Part shown: piece after piece, positions 38,466 to 49,376 of the stretch
Numbering within the stretch: position 1 is the first letter of the stretch
How the letters are laid out: each line of letters opens with the position of its first letter
NCBI RefSeq assembly: GCF_006345805.1
Contig: NW_021836131.1
Coordinates: forward strand, 1 to 64,000
From: Octopus sinensis
Lineage: Eukaryota
DNA: 64,000 nucleotides
Direction: 5' to 3'
The notes under the pieces: generated by a model
The model's database searches: none
Seen by the model: only the letters and a program-made list of their open reading frames with translations
What the model was told of the DNA's origin: nothing
Position numbers and translations under genes: made by a program

Positions 38466-38678
38466 AGAAAATGATGTTTTATATTTGAACCATGCTTGCT
38501 TTAAAATAGTAAAATTATTTACAACATAGCAAATTATAATGTGAATTATTTTTCCCCCCAAAAAAAAAAAAAAAAAAAAAAAATTAATGTCCTCTTTTTG
38601 TTATCTCGATGCGGATTGATAAATAATTAAAATACCGCATTTGTGTTATTTAAACTTATCATTTCACAATAATAAGAA

Positions 38679-41600
38679 ATGTGGAATAAAAAGTAAAAAT
38701 AATTTATTCAAATTTAGAAAAAAATGGAGTACGAACGATCTGATTATAGATAAAAAGCTACACAGAACAAGTATCTCACAAAATATTTTTTACTTTGGAA
38801 AAAACGAAATTTTTTATGACAAGCTTATCGGTGAAGGAAAATATGGAAAAGTATATTTGGTTTTTGTTAATCGTAATCTTATTTTTATAGGGAAAGATTC
38901 TCAAAACAAATGAAATGGTCGCAATCAAAGAAGTAAAATGGCTGAAAGACGATTTGACTTCTTCATCCATCAAGGAGGTTAAATATTTTAAATAACTCAA
39001 AAGGTCTCAATCTTAATAATAAAATGGTATGGTGTGTGTCTGTCTGTCTGTGTGTGCACACCAATTTCAAATTGGCAAAGTACAGATAAATTGTCAAAAT
39101 CTTTCCCCCTTATAATTAGCCAATAATGGGGAACAAGCTTAAAATCATGAACTCCTCCAAGAATCTTCCACCCTACGATGTCCTCGACTTACATGATGAG
39201 GTCCTTAAAACCTTCCCCCCCAAAAAAAATTAAAAAAAAATTTTCTGCATTTCGGTTAAAATGAACAACTACGATGTCCTCGACTTACATGATGAGGTCC
39301 TTAAAACCTTCCCCCCCAAAAAAATTAAAAAAAATTTTCTGCATTTTGGTTAAAATGAACAACTACGATGTCCTCGACTTACATGATGAGGTCCTTAAAA
39401 CCTTCCCCCCAAAAAAAATTAAAAAAAAATTTTCTGCATTTCGGTTAAATGAACAACTACGATGTCCTCGACTTACATGATGAGGTCCTTAAAACCTTCC
39501 CCCCAAAAAAAATTAAAAAAAAATTTCTGAAGTTTGGTTAAAATGAACAACTACGAAGTCCTCGACTTACATGATGGGGTCCTTAAAACCTTCCCCCAAA
39601 AAAAAAATTAAAAAAAATTTTCTGCATTTTGGTTAAAATGAACACTACGATGTTCTCGACTTACATGATGGGGTCCTTAAAACCTTCCCCCCAAAAAAAA
39701 TTAAAAAAAATTTTCTGCATTTTGGTTAAAATGAACAACTACGATGTCCTCGACTTACATGATGAGGTCCTTGAAACCTTCCCGCCAAAAATCAAAAAAT
39801 TATTTTCTGCATTTGATTAAAATGAACACGTTAATGTCCTCGACATTCATGATGAGGTCCATTAAAACCTTCGAGGCAAAAATCTCACGTATTAAGAATA
39901 TCCTTGATGAAAACGACAGCGAGAATATTAGCACTGATGAACTCCTAATTATTCGCGAGAAAGAAATTCAATTCATCCTATGTTTTTCTCTTTAAAATTA
40001 AATGCATATACCATTATCGACATGAATCAAAATTAAAGCTATTATCATATTTGACTTTGACAGAATGTGCAATTACAGATTGCACGACTTTGAATAGAGT
40101 GTGCAATTAGCAGATTTTGAAAAACCACTTTGATAGTTGAAACCACATTAGCACAATCATTAACACAATTTACCACCAATTGACGCACGACCTTGAATAG
40201 AGTGTGCAATTAACAGATTTTGAAAAACACTTTGATAGTTGAAACCACATTAGCACAATCATTAACACAATTTACCACCAATTGACAGCGCCATCAGAAG
40301 AATTTGCGTAAAAATATTAACTATTTAGTTAAGTTTTTCGTAAAGCTAGAATTTATTTTCGGTATGCCTCTTTTCCTAAACTTTTTTATTATTCAAAAAT
40401 AATTTTTTCAATAGATAACCGAAGGAGGGAAGACGACCTTAAGAAAAGAAGTTTTTCGTAAAGATAGAATTATTTTCTGTATGCCTCTTTTTCCAAATAT
40501 TTTTTATTATTCAAAATAATTTTTTAAATAGATAACCGAAGTAGGAAAAACGAAGCTGAAGAAAAAACGGTCAGCTTAAGGTAATTAATTAATCTTTTTT
40601 GTGTGTCGCTTTTTTGGCTGCTGCTACTCTGCCTGCCGCATCTCCGCCTGTCCATTTCTGCCTGCCCCATTTCCGCCAGTGGTTTGTCTAATCAAGGTCA
40701 CTAAGCTAAATCTCCGGACTATAAAGGCTTTTAAGCATTATCTTAATTGGCTGTTAAAAAATTAGACAGGTTGTTGCCGTGGCGGCAGAGATTTTTTTTG
40801 TTTATACTATTTTACAAATTTTTAAAGTTTTTTTTGTTTTTTTTATTTTTTTGTTTTTAAATTATTTATTTTTATTTGTTTTTTTTTATTTTTTTTTGTT
40901 ATTTTCTAAAAATTCAACCGGATTGAATTTTTAAACTCCTTAGATCCCTCTGGAATGCCGAATTATCTTTTAAAGTTAAAGATAGGCGTTCCAGTGGTTA
41001 TATTACGAAATCTTGCGCCATCTAAATTATGCAACGGAACGAGGTTAGTTATCAAAAATTTGATGGCTAACGTAATAGAGGCGACGATATTAACAGGTAA
41101 GTATAGAGGTGAGGATGTTTATATTCCACGAATTCCGATAATTTCTGATGAATTACCATTTAGATTTAAAAGGCTGCAATTTCCTTTGAGGATGAGTTTT
41201 GCAATGACAATAAACAAGGCCCAGGGACAGTCATTAAAGGTAGTTGGGTTATTTTTAGAGAGTGAGTGCTTTTCACTTGGACAGCTGTATGTGGGATGCT
41301 CGAGGGTAGGCAGAAGAGAAAATTTATTCATATTGCCAAGGAAGGACGGACGACAACATCGTTTATCAACAGGCGATAGAATAGGGTTACATTAAACAAG
41401 GTAGTTTTATACATCTACATAAACTTATAGTTGTTTGATGAAACAGGCCCTCCGCAGGAGCTAGGTCGCGGTGAGCGAAGCGAGCTGCCGAGCTAGTTTG
41501 GAATAAATTACGACATCCAAATATTTTGCTGTTTTTTGGCATAATTAAAGATCTGGAACATATTTCAATGGTGATTGGTTTTCATACGTATTTATTCCAC

Positions 41601-42272
41601 AGAATATGCCAGTGGAGGATCATTAGAACAGTTGTTACTAAATTCAACTATAAACATTACATTAAAACGTAAGATCGATATATCAGTCGATATCGCATGT
41701 GGAATGGTTTGTACTAATATGTAATCTATTCGTTAGAAGTATTTGAACAATCAAAATATTATGCACAGAGATCTGAAATCGGATAATTGTCTTATTAAAA
41801 AAGTACAATTAGTACATTAAAATATGTAAAGAACGGAGTTGTGGTTGTTGCTGATTTTGGACTGTCCAAAACGTTTTATGAAAATATTTACGATTCTTCA
41901 CAAGGTCGGAATTCAGTCGTGGGAAGTGTATTTTATATGGCTCCAGAAATACTAAATGGGATGGACTACAATTATAAAGCTGATGTTTATTCATTTGGGA
42001 TTATTCTATGTGAGGTATCAATAAACCATGTTTTAATTTTTTAGCTAATTAATAGAGTTGGCAGCGACCCTGACGTTCTTCCAAGAAATGAAAATTTTTC
42101 AGTCAACGTTGATATTTTTAGAAATGTATATAAACAAGCATATCCTTCCGTGTTACTTGACCTTGTAGAATTTTGTTGTGCATATGAAAATTCCAAAAGG
42201 TAATTTATATATTAATATTAAAGGCCCGAATTTTACGAAATTTTGAAAATTTTGGAATCTTTAAAAAATTAA
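38679..42272 (+). CDS. LIMK/TESK-type protein kinase (kinase domain only), interrupted by a Helitron
   Basis: IGEGKYGKVYL|GKD..VAIKE..KE|VSI^WNKLRHPNILLF..|EYASGGSL..HRDLKSDNCL..|VVADFGLS..VVGSVFYMAPE..KADVYSFGIILCE|LINRVGSDPDVLPR; eight introns of 24-31 nt. Confidence 0.85.
39173..39860 (+). repeat. ~94-bp tandem array (~7.5 copies) inside the Helitron
   Basis: ctacgatgtcc starts at 39173, 39269, 39363, 39457, 39551, 39645, 39739. Confidence 0.95.
40916..41395 (+). pseudogene. Helitron PIF1 helicase C-terminal fragment
   Basis: EFLNSLDPSGMP..LRNLAPSKLCNGTRL..RLQFPLRMSFAMTINKAQGQSL..GQLYVGCSRVG. Confidence 0.9.
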
Positions 42273-42479
42273 ATTTTGTTTTTTTGAATTTTTATAATTT
42301 TGTTTATAATTTTTTGATTGTTCAAAATTATTTAGTTACACTTGTAAACTAAAGATAGAAATAATCAAAAAATTTAAAGAAATTAATTTGCTTACATTTA
42401 CATTTTTAAGAATTGAATTAATTAAGTTAATATTATTTAATTGATGTTAATCCGACCGTTTTCCGCTGGAAGTTAATCT

Positions 42480-42950
42480 CCTTCTTTTAGAGAAGGAAGT
42501 AACCAACACCACTCTTTGATCCTCTGTCTCCAAGTTAGTTACGACTCTTTTTCCCTCATTCTACATATTATCTTCATACGAATGACTTGCTTCAATTAAG
42601 AGACTACTGGCTGAATTTATCTCCTCATCAGTGATTCTGATCCCATGCCTATGCTCAACAATCATACTCTCCAATGCTTTCTTCAATACAACTGATTGTA
42701 TATAAGACTGAGTTGCGTCTTCGATAGCCAACTTTTCAATGCATTTCTTAAAAAAATTAGAAACTAGTGGAATTATTTTCACTTGAGCGCCGTAAAGAAT
42801 GGACAACTCCCCTTCCAATAGATCGTATTTATGGCATTTCTCAACTTTGACCTGCTTCAGGCGGTCAATTTGCTTACATAAACATAATTGAAACTAATTT
42901 TCTTTTTCTGCATTCTCCATCTCACCAAACACCATCCAAGTTATTCGGGC
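42480..42950 (-). mobile_element. R4/Dong-like 3' fragment
   Basis: HKYDLLEGELSILYGAQVKIIPLV..YIQSVVLKKALESMIVEHRHG. Confidence 0.8.
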
Positions 42951-43379
42951 TTATTTTTTAATAAATTGTAATTTTATGGCGTCATTAGAGAGCGGAATTA
43001 AGAAATGGATTCATAAACATATCGAAATATTCAAGAGACTCTTGACAAAAAAGTACAACCTCGAATTCAAAATCTACGATTTTGTAAATTTTTGGCAGTT
43101 ATTACAATACCAACAAACTTTAATTTTTCAAAAGAAACAGTTAATTTGTTTAATTTCCCTAGTGACTAACTTTATGTTTTTTCATATAGAATTTGTTCCA
43201 GAATGTATATTAAAACACAATCACATTTTTTTGTTTTGTTTAATTTATAATGATATAATAACTTCCCATTTATAGTAAATAACACAAAAACGATGGAGTG
43301 AGTTCAAAACTATCACTTTGACAAAATTTTCGATATAAAACTAATTAATTGAAAAAATATATCAAAAAAGATTTTAAAA

Positions 43380-46300
43380 CTACCAATCAAAACGATCGAC
43401 AATATCAGAGACTTCCTTCAAATCTTTTCTAGCCTTAACTCGCATATAGAAAATAGGACAATCACGACTAAAACACACAAACAACAACCCACTTTGAACA
43501 TATAACTTGATCATGAAAACTCCCCTGACATCGCTGACACTCAACCCACAATGTAGAAAACCGTTCTTCTAACTGCCTCATCTGGCGAATATAACTCTCG
43601 GAATACTGATTCCTCATATCCTCACAATTCCCACAGAGAGCTCGACTACCTTCTGTCCAAATAAACCATAAAGTGACCCTTCATTAGGACACGACACTTT
43701 AAACATGAAAACGACTTCTTTACGAAGCTCATCAACCCTCCAACTTTAGATGTCACAATTTTCTTCTGATTGACATGTTCGCCAGCTTAACTATCACAAT
43801 TATAGAACATACCAAAAAGAATTGACTCGGTCTTTGCACCCAAGATTGGCTCAAAAATTCGTAAAATTGGTTTTTTGAGTTGATTGTTGAGGTAATAATC
43901 AGTGTCGATAGGAATGTTGTTCTCCAGTACATACAAAGGGTCCTTAACCATCATTATTAAACAGAACCTCTGATTTTAAATATGCTGCTGTCCCTTTAGT
44001 CCCAGCAATGATCACATACTGAACACGGTCCCCGATTTTTGGAGCAGTCCCAGGGTCCCTCTTTTTCATTCTAAACCATCAATAACAAAATCAAACCGAG
44101 CTGCCAATTCTACATGAGCTTGTTTGCCAGCATATTCTTCCTCACTCCTTGTGAGCTCTCTGGATATCACAAGATGAGAAATATCCACTTTATTACTCAA
44201 CAACTCAGAAATTGTCTTCTTCACATGATTTACAGCCTCCTCAGGATCTCTGCCAATCAGACCATATATAATGACCTGTTTACTAAAATTATCCTCAGAC
44301 AGTCAGAGATCAGATTTGCCACCAACGTGCAGTTGTCTCTTCTCACATTCTCAATCCCCTTACAGTCAATCTGGTCAGATTCATAGTCAGTCTTGTCTTT
44401 TCTGTAGGATCCCGCTGGAAATACAACTCCCGCGTAACGTTTTTTACTTATTAGAAGATATGGGTAATAAATCTAGTTTAAATATATGAATAAATATACT
44501 TTTTCGAATTCCAAATTGATTGGAGGGGGAAATCGGGAGGAGACATACTTGGCTGCCTCAAAACCCATTTCCATGGTCCTTTGGACATCTTGAAAGCCAA
44601 ACCGACACATCACCGAGTCAGTATCTCCGTAGATAACCTTAGTATCAAACTCATATCCATTTCGAATATTATATTTAAGTTCAATCTCATTTTTAGTCAT
44701 TTCGATCATTTCTCGACCATAAGATGTCACACTCTGCAATTTTGAATAGAAAAAAGTTCACACTTGAGATATTTCCAAACAAGGCAGACGCCCGTTTTGT
44801 GCCCCAGTGAACCCATAGACAGAATTAGCCGAGAGTTTTAAAGCAAGTTGTCTCCCATCTAGAATTTGTCTCCGAACTGGATCTGTCTCTGATTTGAGCT
44901 CAAGTTTAGCTCTAAAATATATTTCGACCTTAAAACACTTTTTTCTAGCTTTTAGCAAATCTTCAAGAATCTCAGGAAGAAGACCTTTCTGAATATTGCT
45001 TCGAACAAACTTATTTCCGGTCGGCGACACCTCATAGTCTACCACAGAGAGCCTTCACACATAAAACACCCACAACCCTTCAAATGAACTCCCAAGAAGA
45101 GTCGAATAGCACAAGTTATGAGCTATCATTATCGAAGGATACAACGAAGTAAAGTCCAATGTGGCAATTGGGTAATTAAAATAACTTAAATTAACAAAAA
45201 GACCCCCAAAACCCTTTCACTGGCTCAATAACTGTGGCTCCTGTGAACTCCTCGTCTCCACTGCCCTTCAAATTAGGAATGAGAGTGCTACGTGCTCGAC
45301 ACTGCCAATAAATAACCCAAAAAACACTTTTCTGAGCAATTGAGACACAACTTTGATTTGCTGTCCTCTTTTAGAGATATAAGAAATAGGAATTCCCGTC
45401 ACTCTGGCCATTTCAACGAGGTTAACCAGCAGCATTAGCTTATCCAACAACTTTAAGGGCAGACGGGCATCTTTGAGGCAATACATGGCCAATCTTCTTC
45501 TCGTTTGCTCATCTCCGTTCTACTTTTACTCCGAATTATATAATGCCTGTAAATCTGATATAATCGAGTGTTTGACATCATCTTTCTGCTCTCCTAGAAA
45601 GTGGAAGGAGACTGAATTCAGAGTGTATGACCGAAGTTTGTGATCTCGTAGAATAACCTGGAAATGGACCACTTTGAGACCACCCAATACACGTCGAGGA
45701 TCACTCTTCCTTCAATATTTATAAATTTGGAATCATGGCGACCCATTTGTTTGGATTGGATAGTCGAGTCCTTCACAACCGTTCTAGAATGGACTTGTTT
45801 GTATATACTTTGTGTCTTTTATCCTTCCGAGGAATGGAAACTTGGCCAAACGGAGTGCCTCGGCTCTGGAAAGCAGGTAGTAAATGTCAAAGTTCTCTAT
45901 ATTGTAGCCCGTAATCACATCTGGGTCATATTTCTGCACAAAATCAGCCCAATTCTGAAGAAATGGACAATTATAGGCTTAACTTGGAGGAGATCGGACT
46001 CCGTTTGGAAGGAAATGACCGTCGCTCCTATAATTGGGGCACAGGTTGATAAAGTGAATATTAGATTGGTTTCTGACTGCTGATCTGAGTTGTATGACTT
46101 TAAAACATTTGCTATCTGAATTACTGGGTCTTGGGAAGGCTGTGGAAAAATACCTACAAATAATTAATTTAATAATATTATTTAAAGTATTATTTTCTAA
46201 ATATATTTTGAATGATAATAAAATATAAAATCTACTAAAACAATGTGGTAACCTTTTCTTCCAGCACATTCAATGTCGAAACTCAAAATACGAAGAGGAG

Positions 46301-47153
46301 CAATCGCCTCCCACTGACTATCTATAGCCGGATAAGCCTTAATTCGTGAATATTCCACATCAATCTCCACAGAACAGCGAGAAATACACTCCTTTGGATC
46401 CCTCTGAGTAAAGTACCGAGAATCAATCTCACACCAACAACACCCAGTCATGTCCAAATCAATCATAAAGCTGTTATTTATATATAAGAGGCCGTCTAAC
46501 CGTATCTCGATAGACACGTCTGACTCGAAGATTTGGTAGAAATGACTTTGCTTGTCCCCAAAGGCAAATCCATTCTCGAGCAGGCGTTTGCCGACGTTGA
46601 CGTAGTTTATGTTGGTAAATGTAATTCGAATAAATTTTTTATTTTTGTTTGATTGATATCCAAATATATCTTAATTAATTATTTATTAAATTAATTAATA
46701 TAAATAAAAAAATAAACTTTGTTTGAATTCAATGTCGACGTGGAGAACAGAAAAATCATGATCCTGTAGATTTTTGAAATTGGTGAGTATTTTTGAGTTT
46801 AATTCATTCTATACATATTTCAAATATGTATTTTACTTTAAAAATAAAGCAATCTTCAGTTTCAAAACCTTCTGGTGCGAGTACATAGAAATAAGGGAAA
46901 TATCCGTGGGCATGGACTAGTATGCTCAGCCCCTCAGCTGTCGAGCCATAAAGCCGAATTATGGGCACAGATCCGGCCATGACTTGACTGGAATAAGCGG
47001 GATTTGCACTGCCTGATTGTAGATATTAAATTATACCAATGTAGTGGTCTATTTCGAATTGTTGGAAGGTCAATGGTTGGTTTGTTATTCTGGGTTGTTC
47101 TGTGGGACGGGAATATTTGTTAAAATTATATTTATTTTCATATTTGGCTCCAT
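43380..47153 (-). CDS. POLD1: DNA polymerase delta catalytic subunit, multi-exon
   Basis: [61 protein letters not shown]-terminal [15 protein letters not shown]|RDCPIFYMR. The start needs one restored A. Confidence 0.97.
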
Positions 47154-47414
47154 TTGATATTTTATTAGTCAAACTCATGGTCAACCACTACACAATTATG
47201 AATTTAAATATTGCGCCATCCATTATTAATTAAATATATTTTAATCAAATTTTAATTTATTAATTAATAAAATTAAACAAAGTTATAACATATAATATTT
47301 AATTAAAGAACGAGATTTGTTCTGTTTTTGATATTCTAACTAAAAATCTAAATTTTAAATCAGACTTATTTGTATTAATATATTTATTTATTTTTTAAAT
47401 TTAATTTATTAATT

Positions 47415-47427
47415 GTTGCCAGGATAC
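47415..47427 (+). promoter_or_regulatory. Candidate RFX X-box upstream of NME5
   Basis: GTTGCC-A-GGATAC ending 9 nt before the NME5 ATG, in the ~285-bp POLD1/NME5 divergent spacer. Confidence 0.4.
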
Positions 47428-47436
47428 AAATAAATT

Positions 47437-48395
47437 ATGACAGTGGTTAACCTAAATATGAACTAATATAGGATAATATTCAAACCGATACAGTTTTGGA
47501 TGATTCAAGAGCAATTCAAAGTTCTTCAACACTGCTAATAGTAAAACCCAACGTTGTTGACAAAGCTCTCGAAATAGAAGATGTTCTGATTCGACTAGGC
47601 TTTACAGTTTTACAAGTAAAAAAGTTAAAAAAATTAATTCAGAAACGTAAATTGTTACTCAGTCCTGAACAAGCGAGTATATTTTATTCGGATGATTTCG
47701 GAAAGAATTGTTTTACTAATAACGTGGCTTATCTGAGCATATCCCCAATCGTGGTCTATCATTTGTCGAGAATAAATGCAGTCGGATATTTAATAGAATT
47801 AGCAGGCCCAGTCAATGCTAAAGTGGCTATTGAGAAATGTCCAGATACGTATGTCTATACTCTCATTTGTATAGACTGAGGGCTATTTATGGAACTGACG
47901 AAACAAGGAATGGAATTCACGTTAGCGAAACTGCCGATAAAGCAGCTAAGGAAATACGTTTCTTTTTCCCACAAAGTATACATATATTATCCATTATTTA
48001 TACATATATCAACGGCATACATTAGCTATTATACATAGACCTAATATATTCTTGTATATATTAGCAATTATTGAACCAATTCCTTTTCCCACAAAGGATA
48101 CATATATTACCATTATTTATACATATATCAACGAATATAATAGATATCATAGACTTACATATATTATATATTTTTGTATATATTAGCGATTATTGAACCG
48201 ATTCAAACTGGGAAAATTGCGACGGATTATTTGGTCAAAACTGTTAATCAAACTCTTCTGACGGGATTGACTTGTCTATGCAAGGAAAAACCTGAAAATC
48301 CTGTGGTTAATATTATAATTGATATAAGTTAGGTTTGGCTGGGAAATTGGCTTCTGAATAATAATCCATACAAACCTCAGATTAATATTAATTGA
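47437..48395 (+). CDS. NME5: Nucleoside diphosphate kinase homolog 5 (NDK + DPY30 domain; radial spoke component)
   Basis: TLLIVKPNVVDK..GFTVLQ|KRKLLLSPEQ..|LRAIYGTDETRNGIH..EIRFFFP|..IIEPI..LLTGLTCLCKEKPENPV|VWLGNWLLNNNP. Confidence 0.93.
47963..48205 (+). repeat. ~120-bp tandem duplication spanning an NME5 exon-intron-exon junction
   Basis: Two copies of ttttcccacaaaG(T/G)atacatatatt...tatattagC(A/G)attattgaacc; the second donor is mutated to GG. Confidence 0.85.
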
Positions 48396-48612
48396 AAACA
48401 ATTTATTAGTCTTAATTTAACAAAATAAAACTATTTAAATAAATATATTATCAAATATAATTAATAATATAATACTTTAATTTTTATTCATAAATAAAAA
48501 ATTCTATAATTAAACAAATCTGTTTTATTGTAATATAAGTTTAATTTCAAATTATTAATAATAAATTTCTATTGAATGTATATTTTATTATTACGTCTCT
48601 TGTGGTGACATT

Positions 48613-49376
48613 ATGAATAAAATAGATGATTATATATCCCGACATGTATATGACGAAAGCAGTATTGTATCTTATAAGCACATACATCTTAATTTTGACT
48701 TGTCAATAGAAGATTCTATAAAGTAAGGTACCCCTGTTACTAGCAAAAGACACCTTTATGAATTTTCCCTTCGAAATAAATCATTAAACTCATTTTATTA
48801 TGTAATTGGAAGAGATCTAGACAATGTAAAAATATTTTTAATTTTAGAATTTTAAAATCAAAATTATAAATTCTGATCAACTCTCGACTGAAATTTCAAA
48901 TGAATTTACCCAAATTATTGATTCTCATATTTACAGCATCCAAAAACAAAAAATTGTCAAAATATTTTTTAATGATTTCAGGACATTGAACTTTTACATC
49001 TTGCCTTGTCAAATCTGGATCGTCAAATTTTGATAAAAAATTATACAAAAATAAATAAATCTGAAAATTTAAGAAATGAAAATAATCATCCAAAAATCCA
49101 AGATTCGGCTGTTGCTGGTCAGTTGTCTAGAAATAAGCATATTGTGGACCCTTCGACTAAAAGTGATGAGAAGAGGGTCACTTATGTTGACGAGGAGGGC
49201 TTTACTGGTATGCTTGTCATTTTTTAGTTGTTAAAGTTTGTGGGGATAAAACTGTGTGTTCATTGGGGAATTCAAATCGTGGAATTATTATTCCTAAAAC
49301 TACTAGTTCTAAAAAAATTGTTCAAAAAAATTCTAATAAGCAAAGCTCGTTGAATAATTTTTTTTCTCGTAAATAA
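48613..49376 (+). CDS. POLD3: DNA polymerase delta subunit 3 (p66/Cdc27), compact (~220 aa)
   Basis: N-terminus YISRHVYDESSIVSYK..HLYEF, SHIYSIQK, KRVTYVDEEGF, and a C-terminal PIP box KQSSLNNFFSRK*; introns of ~20-27 nt. Confidence 0.8.

Larger units (their letters stand above)
39011..41496 (+). mobile_element. Non-autonomous Helitron with PIF1 C-terminal remnant and internal tandem arrays
   Basis: 5' TC followed by a (GTCT)n tract; 3' GC-rich hairpin then CTAG; inserted between A and T with no TSD; the empty site restores the kinase codons GTC TCA ATT TGG. Confidence 0.9.

Noticed and set aside
39173-39860. CRISPR-like periodic array
   Set aside because: Units are contiguous near-identical repeats with no unique spacers, in a eukaryotic Helitron, with no cas genes.
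46860-47040. GC-rich island as a structured RNA
   Set aside because: It is a POLD1 exon ([20 protein letters not shown]).
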